Origin: Perna viridis
Taxonomy: Eukaryota
DNA: 64,000 bases
Assembly: GCA_037379345.1 (NCBI GenBank)
Contig: CM074514.1
Coordinates: 17,980,001 to 18,044,000 of the forward strand
Reading direction: 5' to 3'
Both the position numbers and the translations under genes were made by a program. The notes under the pieces were generated by a model, which was not told the DNA's origin, did not search any database, and saw only the letters and a list, made by a program, of their open reading frames with translations. How positions within the stretch are numbered: position 1 is the stretch's first letter; each line of letters begins with the position of its first letter. Below are positions 1-13,500 of the stretch, one piece after another.

Positions 1-95
1 TCACAGCGGTACGAGTTCGAGTCCCGCGGAAGGAACGACCAAAAATTTGCATCGCAAATTTGACAGTTCTAACATCGTTGGGAATTTTTCAGACC
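1..95 (+). mobile_element. Partial tRNA-derived SINE, cut by the window edge
   Basis: Pol III B-box-like GAGTTCGAGTCCC followed by a non-tRNA body with an AATTTGC-ATC-GCAAATT hairpin. Confidence 0.45.
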
Positions 96-221
96 TTTCT
101 ATACGTTTACATATCTTCCCTGTATCAATTTGATCCGATGGAGCAGTGTACTGTGTAGTGAATAGAGTCGTCACATTCTGAGACGTTTAATTTTATACAG
201 AACTTCAGAAGGATGAAACTA

Positions 222-409
222 AAGAGTAATCAAGGGAACATAGCGGTAATCAATAGAATGTAATCCAGGGACAAAGACCAGACATGGAAAACAGACACAC
301 ACAACAAAGAACACAAAGTAACTAAAATCATACAAACAAAGCAACAAAAGTAAATGAACAACTCGGACTCCACCAAAAACTTGGAGCATGGACCAGGTGC
401 ACCGGTAGG
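222..409 (-). mobile_element. Penelope-like retroelement 3' end, copy A
   Basis: Closely matches the 3' tail of the copies at 15793, 21700, 55292 and 61210. Confidence 0.8.
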
Positions 410-410
410 T

Positions 411-476
411 ATCAGGTCGATCTGGCCTCAAGTCGATTCGGCCCAGGTCGATCTGTCCCCAAATCATTCCGGCCTC
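411..476. repeat. About 15-bp tandem subrepeats (ggtcgatctggccc-like), probably a DNA transposon terminus
   Basis: About four degenerate units. Confidence 0.45.
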
Positions 477-586
477 ATATTAAAATATGAAGTATTTCTA
501 CAAATACGGGTGTTGTCATAAGAATTGGACTATGGAAGAAAATTAAACCGAGGAAACCCAGTCATTATCAATGAGCAGATGTGTAT

Positions 587-1123
587 TAGTCCGAATTTCC
601 TTTGACCCTGCAACCCTCCTCTTTTTTATTTGGATATTGGTATGTCGGGTTGGGGTTAGAACGATGTGCCATACAAAAAGTTGGAGATTTAGCGGTACCG
701 CGGAGTGCTGCCCTTCAACTGCTTGTAACAACTTTCAAGTTGAAATTGTGCACGTCACACCTACCTAGTTCGATTCCGGTTTCATTTTCCTGTATGCTGA
801 TACCAAATTTGCTACAAAAATTACATTTATTATTGAATTTTCAATAATTTTCAATGAGAGACCCTGTTTTGTTGACAGAGCAGAAATGATTTTTAAAACC
901 GGAATCTTACAGAATATTTCAAAATTCCGCTGAAAAATTAAGTGTCTGCTACCCTTCTGTTCCAAAAGTAACAATCTCCGCTTACTTTCTATTACGGTTC
1001 AAAATGTCAACAAAACAGGGTCTCTCCAACTTTTTGTATGGCACATCGTTCTGACCCCAACCCGACATATCAATATCCAAATAAAAAAGAGGAGGGTTGC
1101 AGGGTCAGAGGAAATTCGGACTA
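587..1123. mobile_element. hAT-type MITE with about 100-bp TIRs and an 8-bp TSD
   Basis: TAGTCCGAATTTCC...GGAAATTCGGACTA inverted arms (587-688 / 1023-1123); ATGTGTAT directly repeated at 579-586 and 1124-1131. Confidence 0.88.
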
Positions 1124-1489
1124 ATGTGTATTTACTACCACTTCAGGATTACAGTGGAAACCTTTACTTGTAGTTGCAACTTTTGTTTTTCATCAGTAAT
1201 TAGTTGCAGATTTCTTTTTTTCAGATTACAGTAAAGACGATTTTATGAATATATAGATAACACCATATAACAATATCACCAGTTGAATGAAAACCTCTTC
1301 ATGAAAATATATATATTTTTTACTTTTATTATTGTATTGTTTGTATTGACAGGAATTCATCTGGTTTATTTGTTGCTGATTTCGTCTTTTTTTGTGTATG
1401 TATTTCAGATTTTGTTTTTGATTCATTTTTACTTCATTTTCTTGTGTAAATTTTTTTTTAAACTGAGTTCTTTTGGAGTTTCTACATAT

Positions 1490-1640
1490 GTTAATGTAGA
1501 AAAGTTGGTAAAATGGTTTCTTCACCACTTTGAATGTACCGTTGACATACCATTTCTTTGCATTCTGCAGAAGGTGAAGTTGTTGGGGTGTTGCAAACAT
1601 GATGTGTCGCTTCTCGTTGTCTCCTCTTTTATTGGAAAAA
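1490..1640 (-). pseudogene. Degenerate Mutator (MULE) transposase fragment
   Basis: RHIMFATPQQLHLLQNAKKWYVNGTFKVVKKPFYQLF resembles the MULE first catalytic motif (WYxDGTFK), here with D changed to N. Confidence 0.7.
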
Positions 1641-4346
1641 ATTTTGCATATCAAACAATATTTCTCAAACTGAGTAGTTTTTTTTTTAAATTTGTTTAAA
1701 TAAAAGTTGTGCACGATAGCTTGGGAATGAAGCCATATTTATTAAATATAAATCAATAGACATGTGAAAATCAAAGACCTTTTAACAATCATCAATTGTG
1801 TTTGATTGTTGTTAACTTTCTGACAACTTTAGCTTTTGTTTTCATGCGAACTGTATGGGTTTTACTGTTGTAATATATTAATAAGACAACCCCTCTAGTA
1901 TTAAAGCTTTCAATGTATTTATTTAATGTTTGTAAGGCCCTTTTTGTGTTGGATTCCTTCAGATCTTATTGACTTGTTGCAGTATAAATTCTAAAATATA
2001 ACCTGACAACTGTAGATGTATTGAAATGCATATTGCATATTAACCATATTTTCTCTTTATTGAGAAGCATCATTAATATGATGAGTAACTTGGGCATCTT
2101 TTCTTTTCATTAAATGCATACTATGAGGTGCAGTATATGAGGAAATGTATCAGATACTCAAAATTAAAAAAAAAATCATTAGCATTTAAAATAAATAGTA
2201 TTTCTTATAACTATTACAAACAAAATTTTCAGGAAATATACTGCACTTTTGAATTTGCAAAACAAGAATTGAAGATTGTAGGGGAGGTAACTCACTATAT
2301 ATAAATACTTGTTATTTATAATTTGTTTACATGCCTGGTTCAATAAATTTAATACCTTTTAAATTAACAGTATTTGCCAAATTAATTGTGCAGTAGAAAA
2401 TAATCTTTAGAAAATGATTGGCTGTTCATGAAATGTTAGCAGATCTAATTAGGATTTATTTTCTAATTGTCAATCCGGATTAGCTGATTGCTCCTCAGGG
2501 ATTATTTACTGGTCATAAAACATTCCATTACCTGTTAAGACAGTGCTTGAAAGGTTGTCACGCTAAATCTCCCTTACAGAAAAACTGTAAATAGGGAGCT
2601 CTACCTCTTCAAACATTCCATAGTTTGACAAGTATACTCTCAATGTTTTTACCATATAATTTGATAATACAAAGTCAGATGAGGTAATCTGATTAAGATA
2701 TACAGGATATAAAGTCTCAAATTTCGTAGGATGAAAAGTCACAATATTAAATTATTTCATAGGACAAAAAGGGTATCTGGATGATACAATCCAACTTCAG
2801 TCCAAGTGAGATCTTGTGGATTGAGTATCAAAATGTATCGATTCAATAAAATATGAAAAGGTGCCTACCTCTTTTTGGGGGTTTAAAGGGGACAGAACCC
2901 CCCTCACTGATGGAAAAATCTAGAAGCCTTATAGCTTTGTCAAATAGGCCAAAATGTTTTCAGTAGCTATATTTTTTTTATTGATTTAGCAAATTTCTGA
3001 TCTTACCATTTACAACTGATTTGTGAATATTTTTTTAAGCCATTGAAAAGTTATCAAAAAATGTTTTTTTCTGCCCCGTTGTGGCCCCTGCTGTCTTGAT
3101 GGTAACTATGAATCAGTTTCTTAAGACACTTTTCAAAATAGCACTTCCACCAAGTTTGAGCTTTTGTGGACTTGATTTGAATGATCTAGAAATTTTTAAT
3201 TTTTGGCTATAATCATTTGTGTAAACAAATGACATATCATCCAAATCTCATGAATTTGGTTGATATGTCATTTGCCTTAGCATTGGCGATTTGATTTGAC
3301 TAAAGATAGCTGAACATGTAACCACTGTTCATGTTAATTGTAGTCTGTTTTGTTAAATATTTGACAGTTTAGAAAAAAATATTGATACTAAAAAATAAAA
3401 ATTTTCATGAAAATAACATTCTTTACAACTACTTATGTAATTATGACTTTTTGTCCTGTGACCTCATGTCCTACCTGAATTAAAGTTTCAGTTGTGACTT
3501 TTTGTCCTTCATTTGTCATATGATACCTGAAACACTCCAGAAGAAACATCATATCCCAATTAGTCTCAGAGCTGCTTGGTCCAATCAAATCTTAGACATT
3601 TGACATGTTTCCTTTAGATGTCTTCAGGAGTAAATTTAAATTTCTACTGAAGCATCTATGACGTAGATATTTTTTGACTGCTTATATATGGAAAAAGTGC
3701 AGGAAAATTTTCCCGCCATTTTTCCATAGTGCATTTCAACTAAATTTGACCTATTAACATCTTAAAAAAGCAAATTTTACAAACACTTTGATGGTTATTT
3801 TTGGAGGTTGTTGGGTATAAATACTTGATTAATGCAATAAAATCTCTGTCTTTCCCTTCATGTGCCACGCCTGAAGCATATTTTGCCTGATTCTTGGACG
3901 GAGAAGTATTTAACTTGTCTGTACACATCATCCCATGGTTTGATATCGATTAATATTGTAGGTATAATCAGCTCCACTGTATTTCACTCAATGGTTCAGT
4001 GCCTTAAGTGTTACATTACCTGTCTCACTATTATATATTCCTGATTATCTTGATATATATTTTTTTTAAATGGGAACTGACTAAGTATATTTAAGTTGTA
4101 ATATTAAAAGCATGTAGATATCTTGTAATCCAACTCCAGTATTCTTGAGTTACAAGTGACATGTATATGTAGCTAAAGTTATGTTAACCTTTGGGCAAAA
4201 ACTGCCTTCTTGTCAGAACTAGTTAATTTTAGTGCAGAAATAAGTTTGATTCCTTGAACAATTGAAATGGTAGGACCGGGCATCACTTCCTCAAAAAGAC
4301 AACATCTTACGATAACAAATAACAATTAAATTTTCCAGGAAAGAAG

Positions 4347-4512
4347 ATGAATGACAATACTGCTGTGATAAGAATGAAGAGAGATTTTGACAAATTTATC
4401 AGTGGAGATAGACAACATGGAAAATTTGACTTGAGTCAGAGTATTGGTTCAGATGATAGTAGTTTAGGCAATATAACATCTGGTACTGCTATGTCAGTCA
4501 AATCTTTGTTAG
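4347..4512 (+). CDS. MAD1L1: MAD1 coding exon 1 (MNDNTAVIRMKRDFDKFISG...)
   Basis: Acceptor ttttccag at 4338, ATG at 4347, donor gtatgt. The acceptor implies a further non-coding exon upstream. Confidence 0.8.
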
Positions 4513-7500
4513 GTATGTGATGTTTAATTGAAGTATGGTGATACACAGCCTTACAGAGTTAAGGCCTATTTGAAAAAAAATTATATCCATTGCTTTGGCC
4601 GTTTATGAACCACTATTATTTGTGAACTTTTTAACTCCTTACACAAATTCTTTGTCTTAACTGTAAGATCTTAGGACTGAAATTTACATAGCAGTCACCA
4701 GATTTAAGATTTAAAAAGAATGTTAGTACCACATACAGTCATGAATCCTCAAAACATGAGATAGTTGAAGTGGCATGATTAACCATGGTATTTTGCTTCA
4801 GTAAAGTCCATAGATTTATCTTCCTTTATTTCTAATTATTTCAAAACAATAAAAAAAATGTAGAGTCTCAATTTTCTTTGTGGAGTCATTCATGTGTAGT
4901 AGTGGTTGATTTCTCTTGGGACAGATGTAAATAAATGAATGATCCAGACTATGAATGTCGTGTTTTTGTTCCATTCCTTATTTTAAATGTTGGAGAAAGG
5001 TTTTTCTATTATTTCTCATTTTGTAATATTTGTCATGACACATCCATGACTGTAGTTTAATGGTATACACAAACAGTAAGGTAGTGTTACATCTAAGTGA
5101 TCAGATTCAGAAAGTTGCTTAATTTTCTATGATACATACTTATCTTTTTTTTTTATTTATTTTACAGAAAAAGAAAAAGAAGGCATGTTGAAGGATGCTG
5201 AATTAACAAAAGCTAAAAGCATGATTACTAAACTTGAATCAGAAATTTCAGTGTTAAAGGCTTCAAACAAAAGAGCAAGAATAGAGTATGAAAAAGACCT
5301 AGGCAATTCTAAAGATGAAAAAGATGTAAGATAATTAAGAATGAAAGTTACAGTGGAAAATGTTCATGAAACAGTGAAATAACCAAGAAAAATAAAGATT
5401 AGGTTGGGCAATTCTCTGTCACTGTTTCCCATCGGAGACATCCTTAATTACGTAACCTAGACTACACAAAGTCATTAATTACATGTTACAGATGTTATAT
5501 GGATATAATTTGATCTAGGACATGAAATTATTGACTGAAGCAACATATCTTAATATTTTATAAAATACAGAGATTCATGTTAGAAAGAATGAGAGATCAA
5601 TGACCTACTTCAAAGTCAGGGGGACAATGAATTCAGTGTTACTCTACTGGTAGGTCTTGATGTATGGCGCACTATCATTGTAAAAAATAAGCATTTAAGC
5701 ATATGCCCAGTTTGATTTATGCGAATGCTTAAACTGAATTTTGCATATGCTTTGTAATTTATGTATATGCTAAATTATTTATGCATATGCAAAATTCATA
5801 TTTTGCCTATGCTAAATTATTTATGCATATGCATAATTCATATTTTGCCTATGCTTAATTCAGGGTTTTTCCCAGGATTTGGAAGGCTTTAGTCACTTTT
5901 GCGGTCGGGTATTTTTCAAATTTCAAGAATAATAAAAACAAAGTCAATCATATTTATTACATATATTTTATTTCTTTTTCAGCATCAAGTAACAATAAAA
6001 AGTATAAAGTACATTAATAATAAAATATATAGATAAAACTTTGTGTTGGTTGTTTGTTAATACATACATGTATATCTATAGACATAAAAAATTAATATGG
6101 TATGTCCAAAAATATGGGAAAAGTGCAACAAACAATTTTTTTTAAACACATAGTTGCTTTGCGCCTGATTTTCCTATAAAGATCGTTTGCGGCAGTTGTA
6201 ACATTTTTATTTGTATATGATAACTATTTATTAAAATATAAAAATAGAATTATAAAATCACCACATACATGATGATCTAAAAGATCGTTGAGATCGGTCA
6301 AGTTGGATGACGGTTGGTTTGTTTTCGCCATCCACAGAATACTGGTCATTGTAGCAGTCACGTCTTTTTCATGGCTTTTGTGTACAGTTGCTACACCTTG
6401 GTCCCAGTTGCTCCTCATTGTTTTGGTCTCAATGGCCTTTTTATGATCGGCGCTTTTGATATGTTTTTGGATGTTGTCTTTCAGTAGTGTCTGGCATCCA
6501 ATCGTAAAAGTGTTGGTGAGTTTGGCAGCTTTACAATCTGAACAGAACATTGCGTTCTGCTCTTGGTCAAAATAAATAGCTGGAAATATCTTTGACCATT
6601 CTTCTTTGAATTTTGAATTTTGAATTCTTTCTGCCCTAGTTTTCTTTGTAGATTTTTGGGTTTTTGGTTGTGTGACCTGTGACTTGGGGTCACGTGTAGA
6701 AGTAAAGAAATTTGTAATCATGACGATGTACAAGAATGACGAAAATAGATTCATCCTATCTATTTATGTCTCTTGAGAATTTGAGTATGAGCAGCTCAAA
6801 ATGTCACACACAAGCCGTAATTTTAACTAATCATAATTCTTTTGTCGGCTCGTTATCATTCAATTACGCAGTTACACTTCAATAGGATTACCTGTGTAAA
6901 CATCGACACCAATTTATTGGGATTAAGGTGAAATCATTTAATTGACAGTTAATTGGCTTGGGTCGTAAACTTGTCGTTTAATTGTAGTAAGAATCGAATT
7001 TTAGTGGCGATAAAAATTATACGTTTTGATTTTTTAAGTGACGAAAGTAACCAAATTTTTTTTCGGGAATATAAAAAGGCTTTCGCCAATGACGAAAGTG
7101 ACGAGCGCTCGGAAAATCCCTGTTAATTGTGTATTCATGTGCAAGATTTGAATTTTGCCTAAACTATGTAACACTCAATCTGATTGGATGACTGAAAAAG
7201 TTTTGCAACAGCAGAAATGTCAGTCCTATTTATGCCTATGCATTTAAGGATAGGCACAATTAGAATTTTGTATATGCATAAACAATTTAGCATAGGAAAA
7301 ATATGCATAGATACACATTTTTACCTGATATAGCACCATTATAGTGGACCTATCATACAAACATTTATATGTACATGCTTTATAGAGAAATTTAAGTTTC
7401 ACTGATTAGGCATTGAGGGGCATTTATTTGATCCCTTAGCACCTGTATTCAATACCTGTATTCTACACCTGTAAGTAATTTATAATGTTTTCACTTATTT

Positions 7501-10500
7501 GTTCATAAGATTATTCTATTTATTATTATGACTCAGCAGACTACCATAGATAGTTCCTATGCCATCCCTTAGACTAACTTGTGTACGTAATACATTTCAG
7601 AGAGAAAGTGACAAAATAAAGGAATTAAAGTCACAGATTTTGTTTTTATCAAGTCGTGAACAGCTAGCCAGAGAAGAGTTAGATGAATACAAAAAAGGCA
7701 AAGATAATTCAAAAACAGATTATGAGAGTAAAATTATGGAGTTGCAGAAAGGTAGAGTTAGATTACAGGATGAAGTTACAAAGGTATTTATCTAAAAGGC
7801 CAACCAAATCAGACATGTTCCTGCTTATCTTCATAAACACACTGTAGTAATAGTATGTAGAGTAAATGATATATTCTGTAAGGAAAGGCTTTGAATCACA
7901 ATGAATTTAAAATTGAATATAATGCATCTTGATAATATGGCATGGTAGAAATACGTCTAGTATTTTTACCAGTTATTTAAAGCATAAAACATGTGTATGC
8001 CAGTGCTTGACATTGAAAATTAAGACTTGATATTGTAATCTTAATTATGTATTGCCAACCTTTGACTCCTTTTCTTACAAAAGAATCACCAATTTTTGCA
8101 TAAGATGATTAAATTTAAAACTGTCAAGAGATGTACCATATATTATTTGTTTTGTTAAGGCCAAAATTTTCATTATAATATTTAAGACTAGGATGTACAT
8201 GTATATTTGGCAATAGGTAATGGGCTCTATTTTAGTATTTCACAATTTTTGTTTGCTGTAGTTAAAACAGAATATCTCAGAAATGAACTCTGAGTTTAGA
8301 AATGAGTTGATGAAGTCCCAGTCAGATCAGCAGAAAATCAGTACTGAGTTAGAAGAAAGTCAGATGCAACTAAAACTTCAGCAAAGGTAAAGAATAGATA
8401 TGTTTACCAGTATAGTATTTCATTGAAATCATGATTCTCTACCTATTTACCAGTAGTATTTCATTGAAATCATGATTCTTTCCCTTTTTACCAGTAGTAT
8501 TTCATTGAAATCATGATTCTCTTCCTGTTTACCAGTAGTATTTCATTGAAATCATGATTCTTTCCCTATTTATACAGAATTTGCTATTTTTTAATCTGAA
8601 ATTTCAGTACCATAAGTTACAGATTTTTGACTGAACAGACTGGAAACTGTTTTTCTGTACCTCCTTCCAAATTTTTTTTCTCAAATTTTATTATTTTTTT
8701 GCTTTGGAAACCTACAAAGTCATCTATTCATTTACATGTACAGAACTGAGATAGACTGTATGATATAATTGAATTTAAAGTACTTACAATAAATAAGAAT
8801 AGAATATAGCATTGTTGATTGTTGAAATAAGTTCATAACACTATAATGGTAAATAAATGTATCTGAAATATTTTTAGAATATCAGAAAAGGAATTATTCC
8901 AGTAAGTTCAAGTGTACTATACAGATTAAACTGTATTTCACTACTATAGGTTTAATGTCTTGTTTATCCATTGACGGTTTCAACATAAATGATTTTGCCA
9001 TTTTTACCTATTGTATGCCTTACTGAAAAAGTTAGGGGAGTACAGATATTAATTAATCAGTGTTTCAATATATACATTGTCCACACTTAATCCATTATGC
9101 TGTCAGGTGTCATTTGATGAAGTTTTCGACTTGTGCAGATAAGGTCATTGTAGTGAAATTTTGTTACACAAGGGATTTACATTAAAATATGAATCTTTTA
9201 ATACACATGTCACCATTGTATTATCTTCTACTTTCTTTCCTCTATTGAAATATACCAACTACAGTATGACAACTATAAAGGCTCCATAGCAATTTAATTG
9301 GCAAATCTATAATGAAATTGATTTCCTTTCAAGGAGAGTCCAGGAACTTATGTCGGAAGTAAATGAGTTACAAGAATATAGAAGTGAAGCTAGTTCTTTG
9401 GAACAAAAACTTAAGGTAAGTCAAAATTTCAATACATTTAAGGGAGTTTTATGCTTCCAAATAAAAAATAGAGCACAATTTAAACTAGAATTATGGAAAA
9501 ATGTGATGTCATAAACACAACTACACTGATGAATGGATGTAATACTGTTACAAAGAGTGCTTTTTGGTGTTTCAGATGTTGCCATTAACTTTGTTACAAA
9601 ATTAATTAATTGAAGAATTATTAGTCTAAATTTTTTTCCCTGTTTGGTTTTGTTAAACTTTCTGACTATGATTATATGTAATATCTAATGAATATCATGT
9701 TTTACAGGAAATACAAACTAAATGCAGCAGAATGGAAGAAGATGCTGTTGTTACTAAGGCAATGAAAAGTCAGCTGACCAAGTTTCCTGAAATAGAGAAA
9801 GAAGTTAAAAAACTTAGAGATGAGAATGCTTATTTACGGTAAACTTTTTATATGGAAAACAAACCAGCAGAATATTAAGTAGTGAAAGTATGCTGTTGAA
9901 TTAACAAAATATTTGATAATCATCTACTTTGAGACAGAAAGTGTAGAAGAAAACATATTATAACAGGTTTAGAAATTCATAAGTATAAGGTTGCCAAAAT
10001 GCAGGAAAAAAAATAGAAATACTGTGAGCAAGAAAGAGAATACCCCCGTGCTTCAAATGGAGTTGAATTCAATGTCAAACTTTTAAATTGGTTTAGCTTT
10101 TTTTGGAGTTCTCTGAAAACAATTGTATTCCCTTATGTACATCACCATATTATAATGCCCAACCTGCCACTGAATGGTTTTAAAGGAATTGTGCTTATGA
10201 AGTTTCTTCATGTAATAAGTAAGTTTTTGTGTCAAATAATCATATTCCTTTATACATATCAACATATAATGTCCAACTTGTGTGAGTAAAATTTCATCAA
10301 AATACCTTTAGCAATAATCCACCAAAACTTTTTTTAATCTCAATATGCAGCCAGTTAGGTAAGAAATCAAGGCATCTAGACCTTGCTATAGCAATACATT
10401 GATAAAGTTGTTTGTTTACAAGTCAATATTATATCTTCTTATATGCTCTTTTATCATGTATAATGTATAAGACCAATATTCTGAAGGGCTGTTTTCCTGA

Positions 10501-13500
10501 CATATCCATTGATGAGACTGTCACAATTTTAAATGTATTGACCTAAAAATAAATAAAAAAACCTGTGGGGAAAATTGTAAACTTCTATTTTAACATATTC
10601 ACAATATCTCCTTTGCATGTAATGGATTGTTGAATATTTACAGACTGCTACATGTAATGGATTGTTGAATATTTACAGACTGCTACATGTAATGGATTGT
10701 TGAATATTTACAGACTGCTACATGTAATGGATTGTTGAATATGTACAGACAGCTACATGTAATGGATTGTTGAATATTTACAGACTGCTACATGTAATGG
10801 ATTGTTGAATATGTACAGACTGCTACATGTAATGGATTGTTGAATATTTACAGACTGCTACATGTAATGATTGATATATTGTCTTACACATTTCTAGTGA
10901 CAATCAAGATAACAATTTGCTATTAAAAGAAAAGACTGAAAGTTTAGAGAAAAAATTAGAAAGAGCAGAACAGATTCAAAAAGAATGGGCCCAGCTTGAT
11001 GCTGAAAATATGGTAGGCCTTAGCTTTTGTATTTAAGTAGTGATCAAAAATATTATGCTTTGTGAAATATAAATATGTATTATCTGTAAAAAAATATATA
11101 GAAAAGAGAGAGATTCATGAGAGAGAAAACAAACCAGCTTCTTTTTTTTTATGGAAAAAGCAGTGGTGGACTAAGAAAAGCATGCCATCATTTATGAAAG
11201 CTCATAGCTATTAAATCTGAAATCAGATGTATTTCAGATATTTTGAAAAGACTTGCATGAACTGCAATATATTTCTTTTGATATAAAGTACTGTTTAAAT
11301 TTATGAGTTTTAAAGTATTCAGTATATTGTTATTGTGCAATGGTACATATGTATTTATATTTTAACTATAGATCTTGAAAACCAAACTACAGAAGTGGGA
11401 ACAGCTTGAAAAAGATGGAAAGTAAGGCTCACTTTAATTTGGAATAAGTTATTTTGAATTTTTATGCATTTGAAATAAAAGTATTCAAATAAATGATAAT
11501 CAGATATTGTGGTTCATTTGTTACAAAAATGATATTGAGTTTATACCTCTTTTGTTGTAGTTAACAAGGTAGTCATGTTCATTTTAGGCTTCATCTTAAC
11601 TAATTAATGTTCTTTTATCTTTGGTTGCTCTTACCGTGAACAGAGATATTATTTTTGCATTCTAAGCATCTTACCTTTCAGTATTAATTTATAATTATGT
11701 TATAGATCTCCAGCACAAGTAACAAAGAGACTATCATATTTACAAGATTCACAGGCAGTAATGTTAGAAAGACAAGGACATCTACAAAACAGGTAATTTT
11801 TAATACCAACATCATTTTCAACTTGTTCAGATTTGCAGATTTTATTAAGACTTTGAAATAAAGAAACCTTAGCAATCATGTTCACTTACCACATGACAAC
11901 TCATACAGTGTCCGAAAATAGAAAGAGGCTACGAATAGGAGAGTTCGCCAATCTCATTAGTGATGTCATACTCACTAATTTGCATATCATTAACTGTCAA
12001 GTTGGTTGGCAAATAAACAACTAAATAAACAATTAACAATTTCATGATTACAATCCCAATTTTCAAAACTTTATAACTGTGTTATTTTATATCCAATTTT
12101 GGTTCTGTAAAATGTTTCATTTAGATAAAATAATTCTTATTATGTATGTGAATTTATAACTGTTTTACTTGAAAAAATAAATTTGTAGTGATATTTATAT
12201 GTAAGGAATTTATGTGAAAATCCACCCATTCAGGCTTTTATGAATGCCAACACTTCATCAAAGTTGGAAGGAAATTCAACAAAAAAATGAAAAAGCTGTC
12301 CAGGTGGCATCTTTTGATTGATTGTTTCCCTTCTGTACAGAAATCTGTGATAAACAAATAATTTAATATGACCATTTTTACTGTTAGAAAAGATGCCGTT
12401 GTTTTTATTTTATCTTGGATACAAAAGGAGAAAATTTGGTAAGAACCCCATTTGGCCTTTTAATTTATGCATTTTTAAACAAAAAATAATTGATTAAAAA
12501 TGTTTTCCTTGTAGTAGTAGTATAGTAAAATGGTCGTAAACAGTGAATTCAAGCTGTTTTTGACAAGATTTATGACATTATTCCAGAAATAACAGTATGC
12601 ATTTATGTAACTTTTACAAAAACCTTGAACTTTTACAGCTAGTTGAAATTGACCAGTTCCAATTTCAGTACAAATCTATCTAGGCTAGTGAGTAATTTAA
12701 ATAACTCTCTAGGTAGAAATCTACTGTACATTATACCAATGTTTCTTACCATAACTAATGAAATCAACTATAAAAGACATTAAAGAGTTCGACAAAAGTC
12801 ATTTAATTTTCTTCTGGTAGACTTTGATTTTGAGGCCAAATTTTGTCCTTACCAGACCAACTTGTTTTCCTATCACCTGATCAAATAAATTAGGTCATGA
12901 ACTTTAAACCACACCTCTTTTAACCAGACTACTTTTACCAGTGAAATAATCTTGTCTGAAAAAAAGGCATGTGTATTGGAATAAATTAATATGAATTTAT
13001 ACATAGTTTTTGCCAAGATATTAAATTATAAGGAATGTAACTTAAATCTGAATTTATTATATAGTAATAAATATTGTACCATTCAAATCAATAGAAAACA
13101 AAGCATGCAATATATCCCGGTATTTGCATGCAAACTTTCATTCATATCTGGAAAAATTCGGAGACGTTCTGAATACGTTTTTTAAATTTATTGCACTGTT
13201 GTCATCTGCTGAAAAATGGCTGAATGGGAAATTGACAGGTTGTTATAAAAATGGCAATGACCTGTTTATATGGGTCAACATATTTCCGTGTTTGGTGACA
13301 ATTATTGTGATTCCATTTTTTTTTCAAATAATACAAACAATGCATTCCTTTCAATTTTACTACAATTTATCAAACATTCATAAATTCATATTGCACTAGT
13401 TCATATATTTATTATGCATCATATTTCAACTAGTGCAATAAAACACATACAACGTTGTCAAATTCATTATATCCAACAAATTAGTATAATGTTAACTGAA

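Noticed and set aside
1-40. tRNA gene (GTTCGAGTCC T-loop)
   Set aside because: Cut by the window edge, with no recognisable acceptor stem or poly-T terminator; better explained as a SINE head.
543-974. Four overlapping short ORFs
   Set aside because: They lie within or overlap the non-coding MITE 587-1123 and show no recognisable domain.
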